DNA of 64,000 nucleotides from positions 443,588 to 507,587 of the forward strand of contig JAHHIM010000036.1 of NCBI GenBank assembly GCA_019358915.1. The letters run 5' to 3'. The notes beneath the pieces are model-generated. The model did no database searches and was not told the origin of the DNA. It was given only the letters and a program-made list of their open reading frames with translations. Each line of letters opens with the position of its first letter. Within the stretch, counting starts at the first letter, position 1. Positions 49,533 to 59,514 of this stretch are shown piece by piece. The translations under genes and the position numbers were made by a program. The DNA is from Trichormus sp. ATA11-4-KO1. Lineage in GTDB: Bacteria; Cyanobacteriota; Cyanobacteriia; Cyanobacteriales; Nostocaceae.

Positions 49533-50002
49533 TAATCACAAAGAGCAATTTTCAGTAGTCCTGAATAAGTTTGTACTCAGGACTAATAACTTTGTCGATG
49601 AGAGTTCACTGTATATCGAGAGTACACCTCAAAAGCCAATCAGCTCGCACAAATTCCAGTAAATAATTGCTCATAAACGGAAAATAAGCTGAAAAGGTAG
49701 TTGGGAAAACAAAAAATGCTGACATAAGTCATGAAAAATTGATAATGTAAAAAATATCAAGGTTATAAGTTAATAGCTAATCTACTGTACAGGTTTCATA
49801 ACACGCTTAATTATTACTGAGACACAACTTTGAGTATGACTCATGAATCTCTCACAATAAAGGTAAATTCCTGGATAACACCTATCTTGAGGAGGATTTA
49901 TTTACTTCCCAAGTTAGATTAAAAGAAAACGGATATTTATATCAGTAAAATATGCCAAAATTGGGTCAAAATCTGCTGTTTAAGATTTATTCCAGAAATT
50001 AA

Positions 50003-53000
50003 ATGCAATTTTTTGCCAAAAATTTCACGCTGAGTTCATCTAAAGCAAACAAGATGCAAAATCAAGAAAAGTTTGATTATCACTTGGCTGACCAGAACTT
50101 AGACGACACTCCACACAGCAATCCCAAAATCGCTACTGTGGAAGAGGGGATGGTACTTCAGTTGGCAGACGGCAGTGTACAAGCTTGTAATGCTAGCGCC
50201 CAGATGATTCTAGGACTCACGACTGAACAAATACAGACATGGACTTCCCCTGATTCCTCTTGGCGATTCGTTCACGAAGATGGCTCACCCTTGACTGTGG
50301 CAACTCATCCAGTCATGAATGCCCTGCGTACAGGCAAGCCCTGCTTCAATGTTGTTGTTGGTTTATATCAACCAAATACAGAGTTAAAGTGGCTGTTAAT
50401 GAACTCCCAGCCTTTATTCCTAGCTCACGAAACTTCGCCTTACGCAGTTGTATATACATTTTCTCATATCACTAAGCAAAAACAAGAGCAAATTGAGGAT
50501 AATTCTGGAGCAAGAGATCCAGTTACTCACATCACCCAGATGCCAAAATTAGAGATGGCTCACTCAACTGCTGATGTGGAAACAGCAAAGCTATTGGCAG
50601 CAAGCGAAAGCAAATTCAAAAAATTATTTGACTCAAATATTATTGGTATTGTTTTGGCAGATTTTGAAAAAATTATAGAAGCTAATGATATTTTTCTCCA
50701 GATGGTGGGTTATAGCCGTGAGGATTTGCTTGCAGGAGAAATCTGTTGGCGGCAAATGACACCTCCTGAGTATCACCATCTAGACGAAAAGGCATTACAA
50801 GAATTGATAAATTTTGGTAGCTTTACTGCCTTTGAAAAACAATATATCCGTAAAGATGGTAGTCTGATACCAATTCTGATTGGTGGGGCTATTTTGCAGC
50901 AATCTCCGCCTAATTGTGTGTGTTTTGTGATGGATTTAACCGAGCAAACACAGGTGCAGAATTCACTGCGGGATGTGCTGCAAAGGCTTACTTTCCATGT
51001 AGACAACTCACCCCTGGCAATCATTGAGTGGGATGATGAATTTCGCATATCTCGTTGGTCACAAGCGGCTGAACGAATTTTTGGCTGGCAAGCTGAAGAA
51101 GTGATAGGCAAAAAGTTCCAGGATTGGCAGTTTGTCTTTGGGGAGGATGTAGAGTTAGTCAATGATATAGTCAGACGCTTATGTGACTGTAGGGAATCCC
51201 AGGTAGTTTCCCGAAACCGCAACTACACCAAAAATGGCTCTGTTGTCCATTGTGAGTGGTATAACTCTGCCTTATGTGATCAATCAGGCAAACTGATTTC
51301 CGTGCTGTCTCAGGTGTTAGATGTGACTCGAAGCAAAGAAGTAGAAGCTGCATTACGGGAAAGTGAAGCCCGATTTCGGCAAATGGCAGATGCATCTCCT
51401 ACTCTGATATGGATGTCTGACACTAGCAATCTTTGTTTTTACTTTAATAAGCCTTGGCTGGAGTTTACGGGACGAACCATGAAGCAAGAAATGGGTCACG
51501 GTTGGGCACAAGGAGTGCATCCTGAAGATTTACAGCGCTGTTTTGAAACTTATGTCAATGCTTTTAACGCCCGGCAAGATTTCACAATGGAATATCGGCT
51601 CCAACGTTTTGATGGCGAGTATCGTTGGATTTTAGATATGGGGGTACCACGCTTGACATCAGAAGGTAAGTTTCTCGGTTACATCGGTTCATGTATTGAC
51701 ATAACCGATCGCAAACAAGCAGAGGCAGAACGAGAACAAATGCTGGCGCGATCGCAGCGCTACACCAGGCAACTGCATGGATTAACAGAGGCAGCCTTAG
51801 CAATTAATTCAGCCCTCACTATTGAAGAAGTTCTCCGAGTAATTACTGAGCAGGCACGTGAGATTATTGGCGCACATCAATCAGTTACCAGCATGACACT
51901 TGATGATGACTGGGCAAAATTGATGAATTCCATTTCCCTGTCAGATAAGTATGCTGTCTGGCGAGATCATCAACAACCGGGTGGCTTAGGCATTGATGCT
52001 AATGTCCGCCAGACCAATCGTCCCATGCGCATGACTCAAGCTGAACTTACCGCCCATTTTGGTCAGCAACTAGACAAGCAACCACCAATGCGTGGGTGGC
52101 TGGCTGCACCCCTGATTGGCAGAGATGGTCACAATATAGGACTAATTCAGTTATCCGATAAATATGAGGATGATTTCACCAAAGAAGACGAAGCCATTAT
52201 TGTGCAGTTAGCCCAAATGGCATCGATAGCTATTGAAAACACCCGGTTGTATGAAGCCGAACAGCAGGCGCGTACCCAAGCTGAAGAAGCCAATTGTATT
52301 AAAGATGAATTTTTGGCTGTGCTTTCTCACGAACTACGCTCTCCCCTAAATCCGATCTTGGGTTGGTCTAAGCTACTCCAAACCCGCAAATTTGATCCAT
52401 CAAAGACAGCCACCGCCTTGGCCACTATTGAACGAAATGCCCGTTTACAAGCCCAACTGATTGAAGACCTGCTAGATGTCTCGCGAATTCTTCAGGGTAA
52501 ACTGAGATTAAATGTTGATAAAGTAAATTTGGTAACTACGATTGATGGTGCATTGGAAACAGTACGTTTAGCGGCTGAAGCCAAAAAAATCGATTTAAAA
52601 TTTTTACCTGTTACCAATTTGGCATTAGGAGATACTAATAGCATTTCTCATCCCCCATGTTTAGTAATGGGTGATCCTAACCGTTTGCAACAAGTTATCT
52701 GGAATCTCCTTTCCAATGCTGTCAAATTCACACCTCAAGGTGGCCGAGTACGCGTTTGCCTAGAACGCGTTGATTCCCATATTCAGATTCGAGTCATTGA
52801 TACAGGTAAAGGGATTAACCCTAAATTTTTAGCTCATGTATTTGACTACTTCCGGCAAGCAGATAGCACCACCACTAGAAAGTTCGGGGGACTGGGACTG
52901 GGACTAGCAATTGTGCGACAGTTAGTAGAACTCCACGGGGGTACAGTTTTTGCAGAAAGTGCAGGTGAAGGACAGGGGGCGACATTTACAGTGCAGTTAC

Positions 53001-53461
53001 CAGCCTTGCAAACACAATTAACAGCAGCAGATAGCCAGGACGATAGAGAAATGGACTTCAACTTAGGCAATCTTGAGGGCATCAAAATATTGGTTGTAGA
53101 TGATGACTTTGATTCGCGGGACTTTATTAGCTTTGTCCTCGAAGAAGAAGGCGCTGAAGTTATATCAGTTTCATCAGCTATTGAGGCACTGCAATCACTG
53201 CCAGAATCACAAGCAGATGTGCTATTGAGTGATATTGGGATGCCGGAAATCGACGGCTATATGCTGATGCGCCAAGTCAGGACTTGGAAACCAGAAGCAG
53301 GAGGAAAAATCCCGGCGATCGCACTTACTGCCTATGCTGGAGAATATAACCAACAACAGGCGTTATCAGCAGGCTTTCAAATGCACCTTACCAAGCCAGC
53401 AGAACCGTCTGAATTAGTTGCCGCCGTTGCTAGGCTAGCTGGACAAAAAATCACATCCTGA
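50003..53461 (+). CDS. Hybrid histidine kinase (4 PAS, GAF, HisKA, HATPase, receiver)
   Basis: FLAVLSHELRSPL, NLLSNAVKFT, DTGKGI, GGLGLGL, LLSDIGMP. The start could be ATG 50054. Confidence 0.93.
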   Translation: MQFFAKNFTLSSSKANKMQNQEKFDYHLADQNLDDTPHSNPKIATVEEGMVLQLADGSVQACNASAQMILGLTTEQIQTWTSPDSSWRFVHEDGSPLTVATHPVMNALRTGKPCFNVVVGLYQPNTELKWLLMNSQPLFLAHETSPYAVVYTFSHITKQKQEQIEDNSGARDPVTHITQMPKLEMAHSTADVETAKLLAASESKFKKLFDSNIIGIVLADFEKIIEANDIFLQMVGYSREDLLAGEICWRQMTPPEYHHLDEKALQELINFGSFTAFEKQYIRKDGSLIPILIGGAILQQSPPNCVCFVMDLTEQTQVQNSLRDVLQRLTFHVDNSPLAIIEWDDEFRISRWSQAAERIFGWQAEEVIGKKFQDWQFVFGEDVELVNDIVRRLCDCRESQVVSRNRNYTKNGSVVHCEWYNSALCDQSGKLISVLSQVLDVTRSKEVEAALRESEARFRQMADASPTLIWMSDTSNLCFYFNKPWLEFTGRTMKQEMGHGWAQGVHPEDLQRCFETYVNAFNARQDFTMEYRLQRFDGEYRWILDMGVPRLTSEGKFLGYIGSCIDITDRKQAEAEREQMLARSQRYTRQLHGLTEAALAINSALTIEEVLRVITEQAREIIGAHQSVTSMTLDDDWAKLMNSISLSDKYAVWRDHQQPGGLGIDANVRQTNRPMRMTQAELTAHFGQQLDKQPPMRGWLAAPLIGRDGHNIGLIQLSDKYEDDFTKEDEAIIVQLAQMASIAIENTRLYEAEQQARTQAEEANCIKDEFLAVLSHELRSPLNPILGWSKLLQTRKFDPSKTATALATIERNARLQAQLIEDLLDVSRILQGKLRLNVDKVNLVTTIDGALETVRLAAEAKKIDLKFLPVTNLALGDTNSISHPPCLVMGDPNRLQQVIWNLLSNAVKFTPQGGRVRVCLERVDSHIQIRVIDTGKGINPKFLAHVFDYFRQADSTTTRKFGGLGLGLAIVRQLVELHGGTVFAESAGEGQGATFTVQLPALQTQLTAADSQDDREMDFNLGNLEGIKILVVDDDFDSRDFISFVLEEEGAEVISVSSAIEALQSLPESQADVLLSDIGMPEIDGYMLMRQVRTWKPEAGGKIPAIALTAYAGEYNQQQALSAGFQMHLTKPAEPSELVAAVARLAGQKITS

Positions 53462-53472
53462 CCAAATAATTA

Positions 53473-53587
53473 CTAATTCGTAATTCGTAATTCGTAATTA
53501 AAGAGGGTACAAGCCCCCACTGATTGTAACTACGAATTACGTACAGCCTGGCGGCATCCGTAGGCTCTATTATCAATTACGAATTAT
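53473..53587. repeat. Inverted arrays of the heptamer AATTCGT / ACGAATT
   Basis: taattcg units on the left and tacgaat units on the right, between convergent genes. Confidence 0.75.
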
Positions 53588-53662
53588 GTTGACTCTCTCC
53601 CACTACCCTGCGCCAAACAAGCGATCATCACGGCATAACTACGCTTACCGCATACCGCACTT

Positions 53663-54238
53663 TTAGGCCTGTGAAGCAAATAAACGCGCAACTTCGCAAT
53701 GAAAGTTAGGCAGCAAAGGAGATGTAATCACATCATCGACTAGCAATGTGATGACCAACGTGAGTTGAGCATTGTGGCGACGGTAAATTTCCACTCGTTG
53801 GGCAATGCGATCAACAATCCAATATTCCTGAACACCCTGCACTGAATACAGTTTTAGCTTGGCTAATCGGTCGCAGTCTTCATTTGCTTTTCCGGGAGAA
53901 AGCACTTCCACAACCAACTCCGGTGCGCCGCGAAAATGCCCTGCTTCGTCTTGAATTTGAGCCAGCCGTTCATAACTCACCCACACCACATCAGGAGCAA
54001 CGTTGTCTGAATCTGAAAAAATCAGACCGGGCATAATGGAGGGTTCTCCTAAGCCACTATCTAAAGACCAACTGTTCAGCGATGCAAAGATGCACCCAAT
54101 TACATGCTGATGTTTATGGTGAGGCGATCGCGTCACAAACAACTCTCCGTTGATGATTTCATAGCGTACCCACTCGTTATTAGGTAACGCTTCGACATCC
54201 CGAATCGTCCAGCGAACGCCGCCTGTAGTTTGGCTCAT
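53663..54238 (-). CDS. Uma2 family endonuclease-fold protein
   Basis: YEIINGEL, PDVVW, APELVVEVLSPG, GVQEYWIVD, SPLLPNF. Confidence 0.9.
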   Translation of the reverse strand: MSQTTGGVRWTIRDVEALPNNEWVRYEIINGELFVTRSPHHKHQHVIGCIFASLNSWSLDSGLGEPSIMPGLIFSDSDNVAPDVVWVSYERLAQIQDEAGHFRGAPELVVEVLSPGKANEDCDRLAKLKLYSVQGVQEYWIVDRIAQRVEIYRRHNAQLTLVITLLVDDVITSPLLPNFHCEVARLFASQA

Positions 54239-54401
54239 AACAGTGCCTTTGAGGATGAGGATACTCTAATTTTATCCTTTGCCCCACTACTATTGGTTTT
54301 CACTCCTAAACTCAAAAGAGAAAGGTAATAAGTACCTACGCATAAATATTTAGCCATGTATTCCCACACTGTCACCTGTAACCTATCCCCTATTCCCTTC
54401 C

Positions 54402-55283
54402 CTACTCCTCTCCCCAGGTTTGTAACTGTAAGTACACAAATACCAAGGTCACGGCTAACAGCACTGTGGCGGCGGCGGCGGCGTAACCAAAATCAAATTG
54501 AGCAAAAGCCTCTTGGTAAATGTAATAAACCAGTAAGTTAGTAGAATTAAGCGGGCCACCACCTGTAATTACATATACTTGCTCAAAACTGCGTAAAGTA
54601 AAAATCGCCGTGGTGACTGTGGCAAATATCATCGTAGGTCGCAATCCAGGCAAGGTAACATGCCAAAATTGCTGCCAAGCATTGGCACCATCAAGTTCCG
54701 CCGCTTCGTAGCGACTGGGGGGGATTGCTTGCAACCCTGCCAAGAACACCACCATATTAAAACCCAATTGCTTCCAAATACTTAATATAATCAGGACTGG
54801 CATTGCCCAAACTGTACTGCCTAGCCAAGGAATCGCTTCAATGCCAAATAAACCTAAAAATGTGTTTGCCGGGCCAGCCGTTTGAAATAGCCAGCGAAAG
54901 CCTAAACCAGCCGCAACCAAGGAAATAATTGAAGGTAAAAAATAGGCACTCCGCAGCATTCCCCGCAAGGCTAAAGATTTGTCTAATAATACTGCCAGCC
55001 CCAAGGGAATTACTAAGCTAGGAATGACTGTAGCAACGGTAAAATAAATCGTGTTACCTAGAACTTGCCAAAAATCAGGGGTAAGCAGCAAGCGCCAATA
55101 GTTTCTCAAACCTACCCAATAAGTACCTGATGAGGTAAAACTACCAGCAGTAAAACTGAGGTAAAACAAATAAGCGATCGGCCAAATGATGAAGATACCC
55201 AGTAAAATCAGTGCGGGGGACAGAAAAGTCCAAGCGGCAAGTGTATCATTATCCAACCATGACTTAGTATATGTTTTTGCCAT
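54402..55283 (-). CDS. Carbohydrate ABC transporter permease (MalF-like)
   Basis: EAA loop YEAAELDGAN.WQ.FWHVTLP.L; six TM helices. Confidence 0.92.
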   Translation of the reverse strand: MAKTYTKSWLDNDTLAAWTFLSPALILLGIFIIWPIAYLFYLSFTAGSFTSSGTYWVGLRNYWRLLLTPDFWQVLGNTIYFTVATVIPSLVIPLGLAVLLDKSLALRGMLRSAYFLPSIISLVAAGLGFRWLFQTAGPANTFLGLFGIEAIPWLGSTVWAMPVLIILSIWKQLGFNMVVFLAGLQAIPPSRYEAAELDGANAWQQFWHVTLPGLRPTMIFATVTTAIFTLRSFEQVYVITGGGPLNSTNLLVYYIYQEAFAQFDFGYAAAAATVLLAVTLVFVYLQLQTWGEE

Positions 55284-55307
55284 CTATAATTTTTCCTCTT
55301 TGCTGTT

Positions 55308-55967
55308 ATGACTCTTTGCCCTGATTCTACCGTTAGCCTGGTTGCTCCCAGCATTAGTAATAACCAATTTGCCCCAAGTACTCCTTTAAAATTGGGGATT
55401 ATGGCTTCTGGTAGTGGCAGCAATTTTGAGGCAGTTGCCCAAGCTATTGAAAATGGGCAACTCAACGCTCAAATTCAAGTTTTAATTTACAATAATCCTT
55501 CAGCGAAGGCAGCAGTTAGGGCAGAAAATAGAGGATTGTCGGCTGTACTGTTGAATCATCGCGACTATCAAAGCCGTGACGCGTTTGATGGACAAATTGT
55601 CCAGACTTTTCGGAAATATGATGTTGAATGGGTGATTATGGCGGGTTGGATGCGACTGGTAACACCTGTGTTAATTGATGCCTTTCCCGAAAAAATCATT
55701 AACGTCCATCCGAGTTTGTTGCCTAGTTTTAAGGGTATCAATGCTGTAGAACAAGCCTTAGCGGCTGGGGTGAAAATTACTGGCTGTTCAGTACATCTGG
55801 TTTGTTTAGAAGTAGACAGCGGCCCCATATTAATCCAAGCAGCTGTGCCAGTGTTGTCAGACGATACACCAGAAACACTCCACGCCCGAATTCAAATTCA
55901 GGAACATCGAATTTTACCACAGGCGATCGCACTGGCAGCCATCAGGCGATCGCTCCAACCAAGATAA
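55308..55967 (+). CDS. purN: Phosphoribosylglycinamide formyltransferase
   Basis: SGSGSNF, AGWMR, NVHPSLLPSF.G, GCSVH, DSGPI, EH. Confidence 0.95.
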   Translation: MTLCPDSTVSLVAPSISNNQFAPSTPLKLGIMASGSGSNFEAVAQAIENGQLNAQIQVLIYNNPSAKAAVRAENRGLSAVLLNHRDYQSRDAFDGQIVQTFRKYDVEWVIMAGWMRLVTPVLIDAFPEKIINVHPSLLPSFKGINAVEQALAAGVKITGCSVHLVCLEVDSGPILIQAAVPVLSDDTPETLHARIQIQEHRILPQAIALAAIRRSLQPR

Positions 55968-56115
55968 TCTAATTTTTCTTGGTGTCTTCTTGCTCACCAC
56001 CAAGACACTAAGACACCAAGAAGATTTTATAATCAGCCTAACTAGCGCTTAAATTTGCAATGGTAATTTGCTTATCTACAAGGTTTTGGTCACTATCAGT
56101 ATCAAGTAGATGGAA

Positions 56116-56697
56116 TTAAACCCGCCGCAACTTCCAAAAAAAGCTAGAAATCCAATTGGTCATCATGTGGGCAACAATAGGCACTAACAAGTTGCCACTT
56201 AATAAGGCACCATATCCCAGTATTAAGCCAATAATCGTTGCCCAAATTACATATGGCCATTGCTGGGGTCCACTAAGATGCAAAACACCAAAAGCCAGAC
56301 TAGATACAACTACAGCTACATTATCTAAGCCTAAAGCCGGTAGCATCACACCTCGAAATAATAGTTCTTCACTTAATGCCGGCAGTAAACCCAGCCAAAT
56401 CAAGTCCGGTAAAGCTAAGGGTTTGAGTACTATTTCTAAATAATAGTCTGCACTTCTACGGTAGGGAGGGCAAAGCCGATAAGCTAAACCACTCAAAAGA
56501 GTGATGATTAACCCCAACCCCATCCCCAAAATTACATCACTGACTGACCAGCGCCACCTCAAGAGGTAAAAGTTGCCATAGTACAACCATACCCTGGCGA
56601 CTACCCACAACAGGATTGCAGTTACTCCCATAGCTACTAGTACTTGGGTGCGTGTCAGGTATGGAATTTCTGGTTCTTGATTTTGTTGATCAATCAC
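56116..56697 (-). CDS. CPBP family (CAAX/Abi) intramembrane metalloprotease
   Basis: EELLFRG, FGVLH, H...N motifs. Confidence 0.9.
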   Translation of the reverse strand: MIDQQNQEPEIPYLTRTQVLVAMGVTAILLWVVARVWLYYGNFYLLRWRWSVSDVILGMGLGLIITLLSGLAYRLCPPYRRSADYYLEIVLKPLALPDLIWLGLLPALSEELLFRGVMLPALGLDNVAVVVSSLAFGVLHLSGPQQWPYVIWATIIGLILGYGALLSGNLLVPIVAHMMTNWISSFFWKLRRV

Positions 56698-56727
56698 GGG
56701 TTTTAGGGGGAGTAGAGATTGGGGAAA

Positions 56728-57795
56728 TTAGATGATGACTGGCTGTAAGGAGGATATTTGGGGACGGAGGACAGAGGGATTGATCCCTGCTTTGTGCGCT
56801 GCTAATACGCCTACGGCTTCTAAATATGAGTTTACTTGTATGGATTTGATTCCCAAAGGTTTAGGGGGAACTTGGATGAAAGTTTTATTTTCTTCCACTG
56901 TAATTATTTGGCATTGCCTCTGACTTAAACTCAGTAAGGCACTACTACCACAAGCGTTTGCAGGTGCGATCGCGGCATCTACTTGATCCGCCCAAATATC
57001 ATCTGGTAAGGATGTCATGGACTCTCTTTCAATCATAAATTGGGGAGCGCCGCTTAAACCGACTAGTACACACGGTAAAAAAGTATAACCTAATTCTTCG
57101 GCAGCCGAACGCGGTGATAAATTTGGGTCTGGGGGTGCGGTTGCTAAAGCGGGAGAATGGGCGCACGGTATATGGAAGGTGCGCACGACTAAATGACTAA
57201 TTACGGCTTCTGCACCAGCTAGAAAATCTACGCCTGTGCCATAACGATAGTTTTGTAATGCCTCTTCATCCATATCATCGGGGAAACGGGCGACAACTGC
57301 GATCGCTTCTGCCCCGGCTTTGTTAATTAATACTTCAGCTGCCCTCAGTAAACTGTCAGGGTTGCCAATTGTCCCCCAACTAGCCCCTGATGTCGATGTA
57401 CGCAATTCTACATTTAAAGGTGCATCTGTAATTACATAATCTGTGAGAGTTAAACCCAGGGTGGCTCTAGCTGCGTCGGCTGCTTGGATGTGTCGTAGAC
57501 GTAGTTCTGGTTCAATACCTTGGTCTAAAAGTAGACCTATTTTATTATGACGAACGGGACGCAAACCCCAGCATCCAGCAGCAAATTTGTCAAGTCCGTA
57601 ACCTTCTACATAGAAAGCATTGGGAATATTCCAGTACAAACTCGCACCATTGAGGACATTGGGGTGAGTAATCAAGCGATCGCAAACCTGTGATATGACT
57701 TTTGCTACTGGCAAAGCATCGCCGGCATAACCGCCAATCGCTGCCCCCACACCAGTAGGTACAATTAAGATAACAGTGTATGGGCGTTGATTCAC
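56728..57795 (-). CDS. DUF3326 family protein
   Basis: IVPTGVGAAIGGYAGDA, THPNVLNGA, GAEAVISH, AAEELG.TFLPCVL.GL. Confidence 0.85.
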   Translation of the reverse strand: MNQRPYTVILIVPTGVGAAIGGYAGDALPVAKVISQVCDRLITHPNVLNGASLYWNIPNAFYVEGYGLDKFAAGCWGLRPVRHNKIGLLLDQGIEPELRLRHIQAADAARATLGLTLTDYVITDAPLNVELRTSTSGASWGTIGNPDSLLRAAEVLINKAGAEAIAVVARFPDDMDEEALQNYRYGTGVDFLAGAEAVISHLVVRTFHIPCAHSPALATAPPDPNLSPRSAAEELGYTFLPCVLVGLSGAPQFMIERESMTSLPDDIWADQVDAAIAPANACGSSALLSLSQRQCQIITVEENKTFIQVPPKPLGIKSIQVNSYLEAVGVLAAHKAGINPSVLRPQISSLQPVII

Positions 57796-57980
57796 TCGAC
57801 TAATGAAGAGTCCAAAGTTACCACAGCTTCTACAGTAGCCTTTTCTTGTGCTTCATCCACAGAAGTAATTGCCCAACGCAGAGGTTCACCTTGTTTTTGC
57901 AATTCCGCTTCAATCACCTGTTGCAACTCAGAAGGAGTTTCTTGTAAATCAACTTCTGCGGTAATAAAATGAGTTGTCAT
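57792..57980 (-). CDS. Small conserved hypothetical protein
   Basis: GEPLRWAIT motif; stop overlaps the DUF3326 start. Confidence 0.75.
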   Translation of the reverse strand: MTTHFITAEVDLQETPSELQQVIEAELQKQGEPLRWAITSVDEAQEKATVEAVVTLDSSLVE

Positions 57981-58048
57981 CGTGGTAAATCCTTTTTCTT
58001 GCCAGTTTCTAGAATAACTGATATCAGCTACCAGTCATCAATTAATAT

Positions 58049-58140
58049 GAGACATCGACCGAATTCAAATATACCTTTTATATCACCCTTGTAGAGACGT
58101 TCCATAGAACGTCTCTACATTCTTTGTCGCCAGATGTCTA
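58049..58140. repeat. REP-like palindrome TGTAGAGACGTTC-N4-GAACGTCTCTACA inside AGACATC...GATGTCT inverted ends
   Basis: 13-bp perfect stem at 58090-58119; 7-bp outer inverted repeat. Confidence 0.7.
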
Positions 58141-58167
58141 TGACATTACTGATAACTGTTCACTGAA

Positions 58168-58488
58168 TTATTGGTCTTTACCAAATTGCAATTGATAAAC
58201 AATGTCTTCCTTTTCCGTTTCCACTTTCAAATCAGAACGGGGATAAGCAACACACAGCAAAGCATAACCTTGTTTTTGCAGTTCTGGACTAACCCCCATC
58301 CCATCAGTTTGATCTACAGTTCCCTCAGTAATTTGACCAGCACAGGTAGTGCAAACGCCTGCATGACAAGAACTCGGTAAATCTAAACCAGCAGCATCGG
58401 CCACTGATAAGATAGTTTCATTTTCAGGAACTTGCAAAGTATGAATTTTACCTTGGTGGTTAATTTCAACGGTGTAAGTCTTAGACAT
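58168..58488 (-). CDS. Plant-type 2Fe-2S ferredoxin with C-terminal extension (Fed2/FdC2-like)
   Basis: LPSSCHAGVCTTCA, LLCVAYPRSD, VYQLQFG tail. Confidence 0.88.
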   Translation of the reverse strand: MSKTYTVEINHQGKIHTLQVPENETILSVADAAGLDLPSSCHAGVCTTCAGQITEGTVDQTDGMGVSPELQKQGYALLCVAYPRSDLKVETEKEDIVYQLQFGKDQ

Positions 58489-58740
58489 AATACTAAAAAG
58501 CCGGATGCAACGAACAGACTAATTATTTTATCTGATAAATAGACTCACCGTACAACCAAATTAAATTAACAGGTTTCTTGTGTAGTCTGGCTAATCTATC
58601 ATGACAACTAGATTGATTCTACATCAAAAAGCGAACTTGCTTCACACAAACCCAGCTAACAAAATGATTTACGCTATAATTTTAACAAAACCTTATGTAG
58701 CTTTTTATGAATACAGTATAAATCCGTTTCATTTCCTAAT

Positions 58741-59139
58741 TCAAAAGGTTGAATTAGCAATAGATTTTATATAGATATTTTTCTTGAGATAATCTTTACC
58801 ATGACAATTTACCGACCTAGCGACCCAAGTTGTAAAGCTAAGTTGTGTTCTATTCAAACCTTGGACTAAAAAGAAATTAGCATAATAGGAAGTAACAAAA
58901 CCCCAACTAAAATATCCTTGTTTTATCAAATAGTCAGTGGCACAAATATTTAAAACTGATTTAGATAAAAGTTTTTCAATATCCGTCAATATATAATTGT
59001 TTACATTTGAAATTATAAATCCTGTTTCATAATCTTCTTTGGATTTATATAAATTAATCAAATAGTCTTTGAAAGAGACTTTAGCATCACCATTACAGTT
59101 AGTAAAAGCAATGGCAATTTCTTCAAAATTTAACGACAC
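58741..59139 (-). CDS. AT-rich hypothetical protein, possibly a truncated HEPN-like protein
   Basis: SWGFVTSYYANFF resembles the first HEPN helix; GTG start with AGAG upstream; ends abruptly. Confidence 0.4.
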   Translation of the reverse strand: MSLNFEEIAIAFTNCNGDAKVSFKDYLINLYKSKEDYETGFIISNVNNYILTDIEKLLSKSVLNICATDYLIKQGYFSWGFVTSYYANFFLVQGLNRTQLSFTTWVARSVNCHGKDYLKKNIYIKSIANSTF

Positions 59140-59514
59140 TCTTTCTAATCTCCAATCATCATCACCGCAAAATCTTCTCTAACTGCATTTTTAAGGCGAC
59201 TAACCATCATTTTACCCACTTCTTCTTGTGCTTTAAAACCTCCCCCGCTTGGTAAGTTTTCTCTATCAAATTTAAAATCTTGAATTAGGCTGAAAGTTGT
59301 ATAGTGGACATAAATAGCACACTTGTTAATAACATGTATCTTTTATATTATATAAGCACTCTTCTATTGTTGCGTTGATAATTTGGGTTACATTATCCAA
59401 AAGGATTTAGCAGTCATGCTTTCAGCCATAAGACTAAGGTAAACTTTTATAGCCAAGGCTTGCCTAAAAATATTTCATAATTAAGGGGAGAACATCCCAA
59501 TGGAGAACACAAAA

